From Candidatus Electrothrix yaqonensis (GTDB taxonomy: Bacteria; Desulfobacterota; Desulfobulbia; Desulfobulbales; Desulfobulbaceae), in the NCBI GenBank assembly GCA_047651235.1, contig CP178758.1, positions 2,370,001-2,402,000 of the forward strand: a stretch of 32,000 nucleotides of DNA. Direction: 5' to 3'. Within the stretch, counting starts at the first letter, position 1. The number at the start of each line of letters is the position of its first letter. The notes below the pieces were generated by a model. The model was not told the DNA's origin and ran no database searches. It saw only the letters and a program-made list of their open reading frames with translations. This document shows positions 16,937-25,777 of this stretch, in pieces. Both the position numbers and the translations under genes were made by a program.

Positions 16937-17488
16937 CTAACCCTCAAAACTATCCGCATACAACTTTTCAATAGCCTCCCTGCCCTCATCACTCAGATAT
17001 CGGGTGCCTGAACCGACATAGGTATCAAAGGAAATCTTCGGACTTTCCTCCTGCTGCCAGCTCTCATTCTTCCAGGTAAACCAGCTGTTGCGGTTCTGGT
17101 CGTACACATGCAGAGGCCGGTTGAACAGTTTAGCCAGCTCCACGGCCCAGCCGGTTCCGCCTTTCACCGAATTATCCTCAAGAATGGTGCCGACAACAAA
17201 TACTTGGTGGCCCTTGTTGACCATGTGAAAAATAGCCTGCAGAACCCGGCGGATTTTTTCGGTTTCATAATAGGTGCGGTTCATCATCCTTGAAGCGATC
17301 TCCATGCTGATGTCTCCCCGCTGCAGCTCCTCCTCGCTCAGGGAAACAGCGTTGCGGTCCCGGTTGAGACGATGACCTTCAAAGGTGAAAATCACCTCAT
17401 TAATCCCGTATTGTTCCGCATATTCGCCGAATACGCTCTCTGCCCCTTTGAGGCCGCCATGATATAATGTGCATTCTTCCGCCTTCAT
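16937..17488 (-). CDS. Hypothetical LOG/SLOG-superfamily Rossmann-fold protein
   Basis: The 183-aa product has an N-terminal YHGGLKGAESVFGEYAEQYG, which is glycine-rich loop-like. It also has VFVVGT...VKGGTGWAVELAKLFNRPLHVYD, which resembles the PGGxGTxxE / GGT...A...gkPv motif of LOG, DprA and YpsA-type SLOG domains. A GAGGTGA RBS precedes the ATG. The assignment is by motif resemblance only. Confidence 0.45.
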   Translation of the reverse strand: MKAEECTLYHGGLKGAESVFGEYAEQYGINEVIFTFEGHRLNRDRNAVSLSEEELQRGDISMEIASRMMNRTYYETEKIRRVLQAIFHMVNKGHQVFVVGTILEDNSVKGGTGWAVELAKLFNRPLHVYDQNRNSWFTWKNESWQQEESPKISFDTYVGSGTRYLSDEGREAIEKLYADSFEG

Positions 17489-17570
17489 ATGTCACCTCAG
17501 ATATGAATTGAGTTCATTGACTTATTTAATCTTATTTAACTTATGCAGTCTGTTCAGTCTGCTTCTTTTT

Positions 17571-18554
17571 TTATCGCCTCGTGGCCCGGAAAAAAATCCG
17601 CCGGGGCGCCGGATAGCCCTCTATTGTACGTTCGGGATTTTGTTTGTCAATAAAATCCTGATAGGATTCAAAAACCATCCACTCGGTTCTGCGTTGTTCC
17701 TCGCTGCTCATTGGATGTTCGCAGAAACACCGCACGTCAGCAAATCCCGCCCGCAGCAGCCAGTTATGGAGACATGCCGCAGTAGGTACGAACCAGGTTC
17801 CCGGCACCTTGGCATAGGTTTTTTCCGGAAACAGGGCTACTGAATCGTTTCCTGAAATGCCTTGGGATTCAAGGAGCAGCAGGCCGCCCGGTTTCAGGGC
17901 CGTATGCAGATCACGCAGGGCATCAATGGGGGACGGCCGATGGTAGAGAATGCCGAGGCAAAAGATCACATCAAAGCATTCCGGAAACAGGGGCAGATGC
18001 TCTATACCCAGCAGATCAATGCAGAGGTTGTCCAGCCCGGCAAAACGGTTCAGCGCAGTGAACGTATAATAATGATGGACATACGGCTCAAAACCCAGCA
18101 CCAGCTTTGGTGAACGGGCCGCCATGCGGAACATGTAGTATCCGTTGTTGCAGCCGATGTCAGCGATAATTTTTCCTTCCATATCAGGCAGCTCCGGCAG
18201 AAGCCGGTTCCACTTGCGCCAGCTCTGCCATTCCGCATCAATCTCAATGCCGAACACCGAAAACGGCCCTTTCCGCCAAGGCATGAAGTTTTTCAGGAGA
18301 TGCAGTGCCTGTTCATGTTCCTTTTCGCTGCAATCCTCACAGCGGCCGATACGGACCGCATCACCAGTCAGATCAAGCAAGGAAGCCCGGAGATGGGCGA
18401 CCTTTTCCAGCGGTTCCCGGTACCGGAGAAAGCCTTTTTTGGGCTGACTGATCCAGGCCTGCTGTTCCGCATGGTACTGGCAGACTGCATCATGCAGGGC
18501 ATTCGGCAGCCATTGCAGATAGAAGGGAGAGGGCTTTGGAGATCTTGCTTCCAT
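17571..18554 (-). CDS. cmoB: tRNA U34 carboxymethyltransferase CmoB
   Basis: The product is collinear with E. coli CmoB: NFMPWRKGPFSVFGIEIDAEWQSWRKWNRL, IADIGCNNGYYMFRM, GFEP, FCLGILYHRPSP, EEQRRTEWMVFES and EGYPAPRR. The ATG at 18554 gives 327 aa, against 323 aa for E. coli. An upstream GTG at 18650 with GGGAG nearby would give 359 aa and is an alternative. Confidence 0.85.
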   Translation of the reverse strand: MEARSPKPSPFYLQWLPNALHDAVCQYHAEQQAWISQPKKGFLRYREPLEKVAHLRASLLDLTGDAVRIGRCEDCSEKEHEQALHLLKNFMPWRKGPFSVFGIEIDAEWQSWRKWNRLLPELPDMEGKIIADIGCNNGYYMFRMAARSPKLVLGFEPYVHHYYTFTALNRFAGLDNLCIDLLGIEHLPLFPECFDVIFCLGILYHRPSPIDALRDLHTALKPGGLLLLESQGISGNDSVALFPEKTYAKVPGTWFVPTAACLHNWLLRAGFADVRCFCEHPMSSEEQRRTEWMVFESYQDFIDKQNPERTIEGYPAPRRIFFRATRR

Positions 18555-18843
18555 TTTTCGGTCAGGGCATGTTTCCGATTTTTCTTTTATCTTCCTGGCA
18601 AAAGATGGAGAAAGGCGTCCATTATACAGTTTCGGGCTGGAGAGTGCCACTCCTTACTCCCGAATTCCCGAACTTTTTTGCCAGCCCCCGGATTCGGTGA
18701 TTCCCTTTTAATGATCCCCTGATTAAATGTTCTCCTGTTGAACATCTTCCGACAATGCGGTAAAGAAAGAAAAGAGACTTCTGGTAATATCCTGAATACC
18801 CTGCTGTCTCCCCCCGCAAAATAAAACCGTACGACAAAAAAAC

Positions 18844-20484
18844 ATGCTCCTTCTGCAGCCGTTTATCCACAGTATCCGCAACCGTTTTTTTCGGGGCCGC
18901 GTCTCCCTGCGTTCCTTAGTGATTCTCGCCTTCGGCGCAGTTCTTTTTACTGCCCTGTACCTGATCAGCCTTCGGGTCATCGGCTATTTTCACCGCCAGA
19001 ATGAACTGGGCATCATCTTGAGTCTGAAAATTTTTCAGATGGCCTGGATGATCATGTTTGCCATGCTCCTTTTTTCTTCTATGGTCTCGGCGGTCTCATC
19101 CCTGTATCTGTCGTCAGACAACGAGATCATCTACAGCGCCCCGATTTATGACCGGGAGCTGTTCCGCATGCGCTTTCTCACCTCTTTTCTCTACACCTCC
19201 TGGATGATGGTTATTTTTTCTCTACCTGTCTTCGGGGCATACGGCACCATCTTTCATGCAGATATTGTCTATTTCCTGCTTCTTCTGTTTACCGTTCTGA
19301 GTACGGCCCTGACAGCAAACGGTATCGGGCTGGCTGCGACCATCCTGCTGGTCAGACTCTTTCCTGCTAAACAGACCAAGGATATTGCGGTCTATCTCTC
19401 GCTTCTCTTCGGTATTCTGCTCTATCTGGTCATCCGGCTCATGCGGCCGGAGGAGCTCGCAGACCCGGAAAAATTTCCTGATTTTGTCGAATATCTTTCC
19501 AGTCTGCAGACCCCGGCCCTGTCCCTGCTGCCTCCTGCCTGGGCCAATCAGCTGCTCAACGGCTACCTTCAGGAGCGCCTGATTGACTGGACCGCTGTCG
19601 GGCTGCTCCTGCTTACTCCGGTGGTGCTGTTCTGGGCAGGCGAATGGCTGATGGACCGATTTTTCTTCAGCGGCTTCAGCAAGGCCCAGGAATCATTCGG
19701 CGGCTTCCATCGCTTCGGCAAGAGGCCGTATCGCTCCTCGCCCCTGATGCATATTTTTCATAAAGAGGCAAAACTGTTCCTGCGCGATTCATCAGAGTGG
19801 TCCCAGATCTTTCTGGTCGGCGCTCTGATTGTCGTCTACCTGTATAACTTCAAGGCCCTGCCCCTGGAACGGTCTCCTATGCCGACAGAATACCTGACCA
19901 ACCTGATCGCCTTTGCCAATATTGCTTTGTCCGGCTTTCTGGCTACCTCACTGGCTGCCCGTTTTGTTTATCCCTCCATCGGCGCCGAAGGCATGGCCTT
20001 TGCTATGATCCGCTCTTCCCCTCTGACCATGCGGCGCTATCTGACCTGCAAATACCTTTTCTATTGTATTCCTTTTACCTTGGTCAATCTCTTTCTGATC
20101 ATCGCTTCCAACTCCCTGCTCCGGATCAGCGGCCCCATGTGGTGGGTCTCCATTGCCGTCAGTCTGGTGATCACCTGGGGGGCGCTGGCCCAGGCTCTCG
20201 GCTTCGGCGCCATGTATGCTGACTTTAAAATAGAAAGCCGGGCAGCAGTGCAGGGCAGTTTCGGGGCGGTTCTGTTTCTGTTCAGTGCTCTTGCTTTCGA
20301 ACTGCTGCTCCTTATCTTCAGCTTTATGGGCAACTACCGTCTGATGAAGTTCTGGCTCCGGGGCAATCATATTGACGGGCTCGGTGTTCTGCTCTCTGGT
20401 GTGAGCATTGCAGGACTCTCCCTGTTCACCTGTCTTTTTTCGCTCTGGTGTATACAGCGGGGGATCAGAACGCTTGAGCAGTAA
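18844..20484 (+). CDS. Polytopic membrane protein, putative ABC-exporter-like permease family (function unknown)
   Basis: The 546-aa product has about 12 predicted hydrophobic helices. The N-terminus, FIHSIRNRFFRG...SLRSLVILAFGAVLF, and the overall layout resemble 'putative ABC exporter' permeases. No cognate ATPase gene is adjacent. Confidence 0.5.
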   Translation: MLLLQPFIHSIRNRFFRGRVSLRSLVILAFGAVLFTALYLISLRVIGYFHRQNELGIILSLKIFQMAWMIMFAMLLFSSMVSAVSSLYLSSDNEIIYSAPIYDRELFRMRFLTSFLYTSWMMVIFSLPVFGAYGTIFHADIVYFLLLLFTVLSTALTANGIGLAATILLVRLFPAKQTKDIAVYLSLLFGILLYLVIRLMRPEELADPEKFPDFVEYLSSLQTPALSLLPPAWANQLLNGYLQERLIDWTAVGLLLLTPVVLFWAGEWLMDRFFFSGFSKAQESFGGFHRFGKRPYRSSPLMHIFHKEAKLFLRDSSEWSQIFLVGALIVVYLYNFKALPLERSPMPTEYLTNLIAFANIALSGFLATSLAARFVYPSIGAEGMAFAMIRSSPLTMRRYLTCKYLFYCIPFTLVNLFLIIASNSLLRISGPMWWVSIAVSLVITWGALAQALGFGAMYADFKIESRAAVQGSFGAVLFLFSALAFELLLLIFSFMGNYRLMKFWLRGNHIDGLGVLLSGVSIAGLSLFTCLFSLWCIQRGIRTLEQ

Positions 20485-20577
20485 ACAGTACCCTGTAAAC
20501 AGCCGACTGCAGACGCAGAAACGGACTCGCAACGTCTGTCCGATTTATCACCATCAATACCTTCCGTTTTGCCCCTT

Positions 20578-22275
20578 ATGAACATAACGACCGCACCAAA
20601 GACCGCATCACCTCTGGAACAGCCAGCCAGCCTCAACGAACTGATCGACATTGCCTGTACCAAATATGCCGACCATAAAGCCGTGGGGATGGCTCTGCAT
20701 GAGCCGATTACCTACCGGGAATTCCATGCCCGCATCCTTGCTCTATCAGCCAAGCTGCAGGAGGACGGCGTGCAGTTCGGGGACCGGGTGGCCCTGCTGG
20801 CGGAAAACTCCTGCAACTGGGTGACCGCCTACCTTGCAGTTGTCCGGCTGGGCGCAGTCTGTGTGCCGATTCTGCCGGACCTGCCTGAGGCGGATGTGCA
20901 GAATATTCTGTCTGAAATGGAGTGCAGCAGTATTTTTACCAGCAAACAGCAGATCAACAAAATCCTTGGTCTACAGGAAAAAATCAGCCTGCTGGTCACG
21001 CTTGATGATTATCAGGAGTTCGGCGGGCAGATTTGCAGCACACTTCCCTTTACCGAACTGCTGGCTGAGGCACAGGAAAGATTTGCTGCAGATCTGCCGG
21101 AATTCCCTGCAGTGGAAAGTACACATACAGCTTCCATCCTGTATACCTCCGGCAGCTCCGGCTTTGCCAAGGCCGTGGTGCTCAGTCACGGCAACTTCTG
21201 CGCCAATGCCGCAGCATCGGCCAGGGCCATCCCTCTTGCCCCCGGAGCAGTTTTTCTCTCCATCCTGCCTGTCTCTCACACCTTTGAATTCACGGTCGGC
21301 TTTCTTATGCCCATGCTCAAAGGCGCCTGCGTGTGCTATGCCGGTAAATCACCGACCCCGACGGTGCTGAAAAAGCTCTGTCGTCAGGAACGACCCCATC
21401 TCATACTGACCGTACCGCTGGTTCTGGAAAAAATCTATAAAAAGCAGGTGCTGCCGGCAGTGAAAAAAAACGGAATACTCTCTTTTCTCTGTCGTTTCTC
21501 CTTAGGACGCCGATTGATCTATCGCAGGATCGGCAAAAAACTGATGGCCTTTTTCGGCGGTCGGCTGGAGATGTTGGGCATCGGCGGGGCAGCTCTTAAT
21601 CCGGAGGTGGAGCATTTTCTCCGGGATGCCAGGCTGCCCTATCTGGTGGGTTACGGCATGACCGAGGCATCACCGGTTATTTCCGGAGGACCGGCAGGAG
21701 ACAGAAGCATCAGCCCCGATTCGGCAGGCAAACCGCTTGCCGGGGTGGAGGTACGCATTGAGGATGCCGACCCGACAACAGGTGTCGGTGAAATTCTGGT
21801 GCGCGGTCCCAATGTCATGCAGGGGTACTGGAATAAGCCGGACGAGACGGCAAAGACCATCGATGGACAGGGCTGGCTGCATACCGGTGATCTGGGCCGC
21901 ATTGACGAGCAGGGAAATGTCTGCGTTACAGGCCGGTCAAAATCCGTTATCGTGCTGGCAAACGGAGAGAATGTCTACCCGGAGGCGATTGAGCATAAAC
22001 TGAACAGCCATGCCTTGGTGGCTGAAGCACTGGTGGTTGAGCGGGATGGCGCCCTGGTCGCCCTGATTCACCCGGATTATGATCTTGCAAAGAAACAGAG
22101 CAAAAAGCAGGAACAGCAGACATACCTCACGGCGGAACTGGAACGGATACGTCGTGAGGTCAACGGACAGGTCGGTTCCAGCTCCCGCCTGGCCAAGGTT
22201 GCTGAACAGCAGGAGCCTTTTATCAAAACCGCTACCCATAAGATCAAACGGTATCTGTATGCGGAAGGTAGATGA
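20578..22275 (+). CDS. Long-chain-fatty-acid--CoA ligase (AMP-dependent synthetase/ligase)
   Basis: Motifs are AMP-binding ILYTSGSSGFAKAVVLSHGNF, GYGMTEASP, WLHTGDLGRIDEQGNVCVTGRSK, NGENVYPEAIE and a terminal KTATHKIKR. The ATG at 20578 is preferred. A TTG at 20569 is the ORF-track start. Confidence 0.85.
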   Translation: MNITTAPKTASPLEQPASLNELIDIACTKYADHKAVGMALHEPITYREFHARILALSAKLQEDGVQFGDRVALLAENSCNWVTAYLAVVRLGAVCVPILPDLPEADVQNILSEMECSSIFTSKQQINKILGLQEKISLLVTLDDYQEFGGQICSTLPFTELLAEAQERFAADLPEFPAVESTHTASILYTSGSSGFAKAVVLSHGNFCANAAASARAIPLAPGAVFLSILPVSHTFEFTVGFLMPMLKGACVCYAGKSPTPTVLKKLCRQERPHLILTVPLVLEKIYKKQVLPAVKKNGILSFLCRFSLGRRLIYRRIGKKLMAFFGGRLEMLGIGGAALNPEVEHFLRDARLPYLVGYGMTEASPVISGGPAGDRSISPDSAGKPLAGVEVRIEDADPTTGVGEILVRGPNVMQGYWNKPDETAKTIDGQGWLHTGDLGRIDEQGNVCVTGRSKSVIVLANGENVYPEAIEHKLNSHALVAEALVVERDGALVALIHPDYDLAKKQSKKQEQQTYLTAELERIRREVNGQVGSSSRLAKVAEQQEPFIKTATHKIKRYLYAEGR

Positions 22276-22411
22276 TACCTATGGCCCTTTTCATCTCGCT
22301 GTTTTTATCACAAATGTCCCTTGACTTCCTTTTGCTGATATTTTTATTCAAAAAATAATATCTGTACAATTATTTTTTAAACTAATTATTTGATATAAAA
22401 GATTTTTTTTC

Positions 22412-22440
22412 TTGCCTATCGCCCTGTTTTATTGTAAACT
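22412..22440 (+). promoter_or_regulatory. Candidate sigma70-type promoter for the small secreted-protein gene
   Basis: TTGCCT (22412-22417) is followed by a 17-nt spacer and TAAACT (22435-22440), within a strongly AT-rich intergenic region with upstream A/T tracts (UP-like). This rests on a sequence match only. Confidence 0.3.
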
Positions 22441-22460
22441 GAAACTAACAGATAATAATT

Positions 22461-22487
22461 ATTAAATCGATGGCCCATCGATTTAAT
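22461..22487. promoter_or_regulatory. Perfect 13-bp inverted repeat (operator-like palindrome or 5'-UTR hairpin)
   Basis: ATTAAATCGATGG-C-CCATCGATTTAAT has 13-bp perfect arms and a 1-nt spacer. It sits between the candidate -10 box and the GGGGGAAAG RBS of the 22511 gene. Confidence 0.5.
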
Positions 22488-22510
22488 CAATAAAGAAATG
22501 GGGGAAAGAT

Positions 22511-22888
22511 ATGAACCAGAAAGCATCATTATTTATAGGACTCCTCCTGGCAATACCATCCATAGTAAATGCAAATGAGGCTTATACTATACAATGCGAG
22601 ACAATGCCGGAAACGGAATGTACAGTAACATCAGCTAATCATATAAGATCCGTACGGGTTGAAATTTATCCCGGAGGGAATAACAGTCCGACTGCTCTCG
22701 TTGACAGAGAGTTCCGGAACTGTCCGACAGAAGTATCTGTCAGCTTGGATTCTATGGCACCAGGAGTAAAGTTCTTTGTGGAAACATGTGACGGGAGTAA
22801 TGGTATTAAGACGATAGGACCGGGATACCTCGCATGGGAAGTATCAGAACCGGCACAAGAGGTCTCCCTGATCAAGGATGTTCTCTAA
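22511..22888 (+). CDS. Small secreted hypothetical protein (signal peptide, 4 Cys)
   Basis: The signal-peptide-like N-terminus is MNQKASLFIGLLLAIPSIVNA/NE. The mature part of about 104 aa has 4 cysteines. A GGGGGAAAG RBS precedes the start and a terminator follows the stop. The gene is AT-rich: I counted 22 G+C in its first 60 nt. I recognise no family. Confidence 0.6.
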   Translation: MNQKASLFIGLLLAIPSIVNANEAYTIQCETMPETECTVTSANHIRSVRVEIYPGGNNSPTALVDREFRNCPTEVSVSLDSMAPGVKFFVETCDGSNGIKTIGPGYLAWEVSEPAQEVSLIKDVL

Positions 22889-22912
22889 GGTTCCCGCCTG
22901 TTGACAGCGCAT

Positions 22913-22942
22913 AAAAAACGCCCTGATGCCTGGGGCGTTTTC
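22913..22942. terminator. Bidirectional rho-independent terminator between convergent genes
   Basis: AAAACGCCC (22915-22923) pairs with GGGCGTTTT (22933-22941) around a 9-nt loop. An A-run lies upstream and a T-run downstream, so the hairpin can serve both the 22511 gene (+) and rlmB (-). Confidence 0.75.
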
Positions 22943-22980
22943 TGTACCGGGAGCGTGCTTTGCGCGTTACCCGGTTTTTT

Positions 22981-23772
22981 TTACGCTGCCTCCGGGATTC
23001 CAACCTGCCGAACAACCTCAAACATAATTAAAGCCGCAGCAACCGAGGCGTTCAGGGAGTCAAAATCCGTGGACATGGGGATGGTGACGAGCTGATCGCA
23101 GTGCTTGCGCACCAGAGGTCGGATGCCCTTGCCCTCGCTGCCGATGACCAGACCGAGTCGCCCGCTGAAGTCCGTGCGGTAAATGGACTGCGCCGATTTC
23201 TCCGCAACTGTGCCGTAAATCCAGAAACCATGTTCCTTGAGCAGGATCAGAGCAGCGGTTAGGTTGACGACTTGGGCGATATGGAGATGGGAGATAGCCC
23301 CGGCTGAAGTGCGGGCCACAGTCCCGGAAAGAGGGGCACTACGTTCACGGGTGAGCAGGACAGAGCGGAACCCTGCTGCCAGGGCCGAGCGGAGAATGGA
23401 ACCGAGATTACGGGGATCCTGAATCGAATCCAGAATCAGAATGCGGCCTGACCCAGCTGCAGCGCGCTCCAGCACCTCTTCCGGAGAAAACAGCCGGGCT
23501 TCGGTCTGCCGGGCAACAACCCCCTGGTGGCGGCAACTGCGGGGTATGCCCAAACGTTCCGGCGCCACAAAACGGACCCTGACCTTCTGCGCTCTGGCAA
23601 GATCGATAATCTCCTGCAGCCTGTCCCCGGCCTTGCCTTTCTCAATCAACACCTCGCTCAGGCTGCGGGCATTTCTGCGCAGGGCCTCGTGAACAGCATT
23701 TCTTCCCCACAGCAGATCATCATCTGTCTGCTCCGGCTGCTGCCGGACTGTTTTTTTTCGCATATTTTTCAA
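22981..23772 (-). CDS. rlmB: 23S rRNA (guanosine-2'-O-)-methyltransferase RlmB (SpoU/TrmH family)
   Basis: Motifs are LWGRNAVHEAL, ILILDSIQDPRNLGSILRSA, LVIGSEGKGIRPLVRKHCDQLVTIPM and SLNASVAAALIMFE. The length is 263 aa. Confidence 0.85.
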   Translation of the reverse strand: MKNMRKKTVRQQPEQTDDDLLWGRNAVHEALRRNARSLSEVLIEKGKAGDRLQEIIDLARAQKVRVRFVAPERLGIPRSCRHQGVVARQTEARLFSPEEVLERAAAGSGRILILDSIQDPRNLGSILRSALAAGFRSVLLTRERSAPLSGTVARTSAGAISHLHIAQVVNLTAALILLKEHGFWIYGTVAEKSAQSIYRTDFSGRLGLVIGSEGKGIRPLVRKHCDQLVTIPMSTDFDSLNASVAAALIMFEVVRQVGIPEAA

Positions 23773-23851
23773 GAAGAGGAGATGGGGAGAAGGAATGGAA
23801 AGAATGCCGGAAGAGGCCGGAAAATCTCAGTAAAGGAGAAACCTGCAGAAC

Positions 23852-24460
23852 TCAGGTGCGCGGCACCGTCCTGTTGACCGCAGCAGGATTCCGACGGTTG
23901 CGGCGTTCAGCCGCAATAATGGCCTGCAGATCGCGTATAGCCTGTTCCAGCTTATCATTGACAATCAGATAGTTGTACGAATCCGCTGCCTGCATCTCCT
24001 GTTCTGCGTTGGCAAGCCGGACAGCCAGCTGCTCCGGTGTTTCCGTGCCCCGTCCCCGCAGACGCCGCTCCAGTTCCTGCAGAGAAGGCGGGGTGATAAA
24101 CACTGTGACCGGTTCAGCGTTCCGCCTCACCTGTTCAGCGCCCTGAATGTCAATATCAAGAATGACATCCTTGCCTGCAGCGAGCTGCTCCTCCACCGTC
24201 TGCCGTGCAGTGCCGTAAAAATTGCCGTGCACCTCAGCCCATTCCAGAAAACTGGACGGCTCCTGATCACGGATTGCGGCAAATTCTTCTCTGCTGACAA
24301 AATGATAATCGCGCCCATCCCGTTCATTGAGCCGGGGCTGCCGGGTCGTGTGGGAGACGGAAAAGACCAGACCGGAAATATTCGCCATAACCTGCTGTAA
24401 AATGGTCGTCTTGCCGCAGCCGGACGGCGCGGAAATGACCAGCAGCATGCCTTCAGCCAT
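23852..24460 (-). CDS. gmk: Guanylate kinase
   Basis: I start the gene at the internal ATG at 24460, preceded by GGAGGAGG: MAEGMLLVISAPSGCGKTT...SVSHTTRQPRLNERDGRDYHFVS...FLEWAEVHGNFYGT. The 44-codon upstream extension of the ORF overlaps remA and has no homology-like content. Confidence 0.9.
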   Translation of the reverse strand: MAEGMLLVISAPSGCGKTTILQQVMANISGLVFSVSHTTRQPRLNERDGRDYHFVSREEFAAIRDQEPSSFLEWAEVHGNFYGTARQTVEEQLAAGKDVILDIDIQGAEQVRRNAEPVTVFITPPSLQELERRLRGRGTETPEQLAVRLANAEQEMQAADSYNYLIVNDKLEQAIRDLQAIIAAERRNRRNPAAVNRTVPRT

Positions 24461-24755
24461 TTTTTTCCTCCTCCGCGCGGTGCAGCAGGTGGCCGCAGTC
24501 TGCCCGATCCCTGTCCAACGCAGCCAGCCGCTGGTTAATGGTCTCCGGCTGGACCGAAGAAAGCACCAGATGGCCGCTGTCCAGAATGACAATACCCCTG
24601 GTACGTCGTCCCTCGGTCACGTCGATGAGACGATGTGCCTGCCGGGCCTCATCTTTGAGTTTTCTGATCGGCGATGAGCCGGGATTCACAACCGCAAGAA
24701 TCCGGCTGATTTTCACGGCATTGCCGAAGCCTATATTGACGAGTCTGTTATCCAT
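24453..24755 (-). CDS. remA: RemA/DUF370 family regulator
   Basis: The product is collinear with Bacillus RemA (YlzA): LVNIGFGN.V...RI.AVV.P.S.PI.+L..EA+....LID.T.GRRTR..++.DS.H++LS.VQPET. Its position immediately upstream of gmk is conserved. Confidence 0.85.
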   Translation of the reverse strand: MDNRLVNIGFGNAVKISRILAVVNPGSSPIRKLKDEARQAHRLIDVTEGRRTRGIVILDSGHLVLSSVQPETINQRLAALDRDRADCGHLLHRAEEEKNG

Positions 24756-24781
24756 AGTACCGGGTGGAGAGCTGTTCAGCC

Positions 24782-25663
24782 CTATTCAATATTCTGCACC
24801 TGTTCACGCAGTTTTTCAATCTCATTTTTCATCTCAACACCAAGATGCGCAATTGTAGAATTGGATATTTTCGAGGACAAGGTATTGACCTCACGCAAAA
24901 ATTCCTGGAGCAGAAAATCAAGCCGCCGTCCGACCGGCTCGTCGATTGCCAGAAAGCTGCGGAACTGGGCAATATGACTAGTCAGCCTGACCACTTCTTC
25001 GGTAACATCAGCCTTATCCGCCAGAATGGCCGATTCTTGGGCCAGCCGTGCCGGGTCAATATCCAGTCCGTCCAAGAGCTGACTGATCCTTTTATTCAGC
25101 TCCTGCTGCCGCTGTTCGAGAATCTGCGGGATCAGTTCGTCAATTTCCTGGACAATGCTGGCAAGATTATCCAGGCGGTTGAGGAAATCCTGTTTCAGGC
25201 TGTTGCCTTCCTGTTCCCGCATCCCGGCGCATTCGGCAAGGGCCGACTCCAGCGCCTGCTGCAGAAAAGGCCAGTCCTCTTCAATATCCGGATTTTCTTC
25301 CTGTACCGTGATGATACTCCGCAGCGTCAGCAGATCGCTGATTTGTATATCCGCATCAAGTTCCAGTTCGGCATTCAGCTGCTGCATGCAGGTGTAATAC
25401 TGCCGGGCCAGTTCCAGATCAAGACTGAGCAGTGCATTGCCTGCAGTCCCGCCCCGGAACGACACGCTGATGTCCACTCTGCCGCGTTCCTGCTGCTTGG
25501 CAACGCTTCTCTTGATCCGTTCCTCCAGAGCCGTAAAGGCGGCAGGCAGGATCACCCGCTGATCCAAAAAACGATGATTGACCGTGCGGATTTCCACAAC
25601 CCAGGACCGCCCGGCCTCACCCGATTCACCCCGGCCGAAGCCGGTCATACTACGTGGACGCAT
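24782..25663 (-). CDS. yicC: YicC/YloC family stress-induced protein (endoribonuclease-type)
   Basis: Features are an N-terminal SMTGFGRGE, EIRTVNHRFLD and C-terminal REVNTLSSK / KNEIEKLREQVQNIE. The length is 293 aa and it lies upstream of remA-gmk. Confidence 0.85.
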   Translation of the reverse strand: MRPRSMTGFGRGESGEAGRSWVVEIRTVNHRFLDQRVILPAAFTALEERIKRSVAKQQERGRVDISVSFRGGTAGNALLSLDLELARQYYTCMQQLNAELELDADIQISDLLTLRSIITVQEENPDIEEDWPFLQQALESALAECAGMREQEGNSLKQDFLNRLDNLASIVQEIDELIPQILEQRQQELNKRISQLLDGLDIDPARLAQESAILADKADVTEEVVRLTSHIAQFRSFLAIDEPVGRRLDFLLQEFLREVNTLSSKISNSTIAHLGVEMKNEIEKLREQVQNIE

Positions 25664-25696
25664 AAGCTGTTTTCAGATTGTACGTTGAAAAAATAA

Positions 25697-25724
25697 ACTG
25701 CCCCGTCCCTCGGGACGGGGCAGT
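25697..25724 (-). terminator. Rho-independent terminator after the DUF3786-heptose kinase operon
   Basis: ACTGCCCCGTCCC pairs with GGGACGGGGCAGT, giving a 12-13-bp GC-rich stem and a tight loop. On the minus strand it is followed by TTTATTTTTTC. It lies about 55 nt after the kinase stop. Confidence 0.85.
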
Positions 25725-25777
25725 AACCTCGATCTACGCAATAAACAACGGAAAAACGAAAATAAAAATCAGGGAAT

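Noticed and set aside
24461-24592. An upstream extension of the gmk ORF (MSFWTAAIW...), giving 246 aa.
   Set aside because: The extension lies inside remA in another frame. The canonical Gmk N-terminus (P-loop SAPSGCGKTT) follows the internal ATG at 24460, which has a GGAGGAGG RBS.
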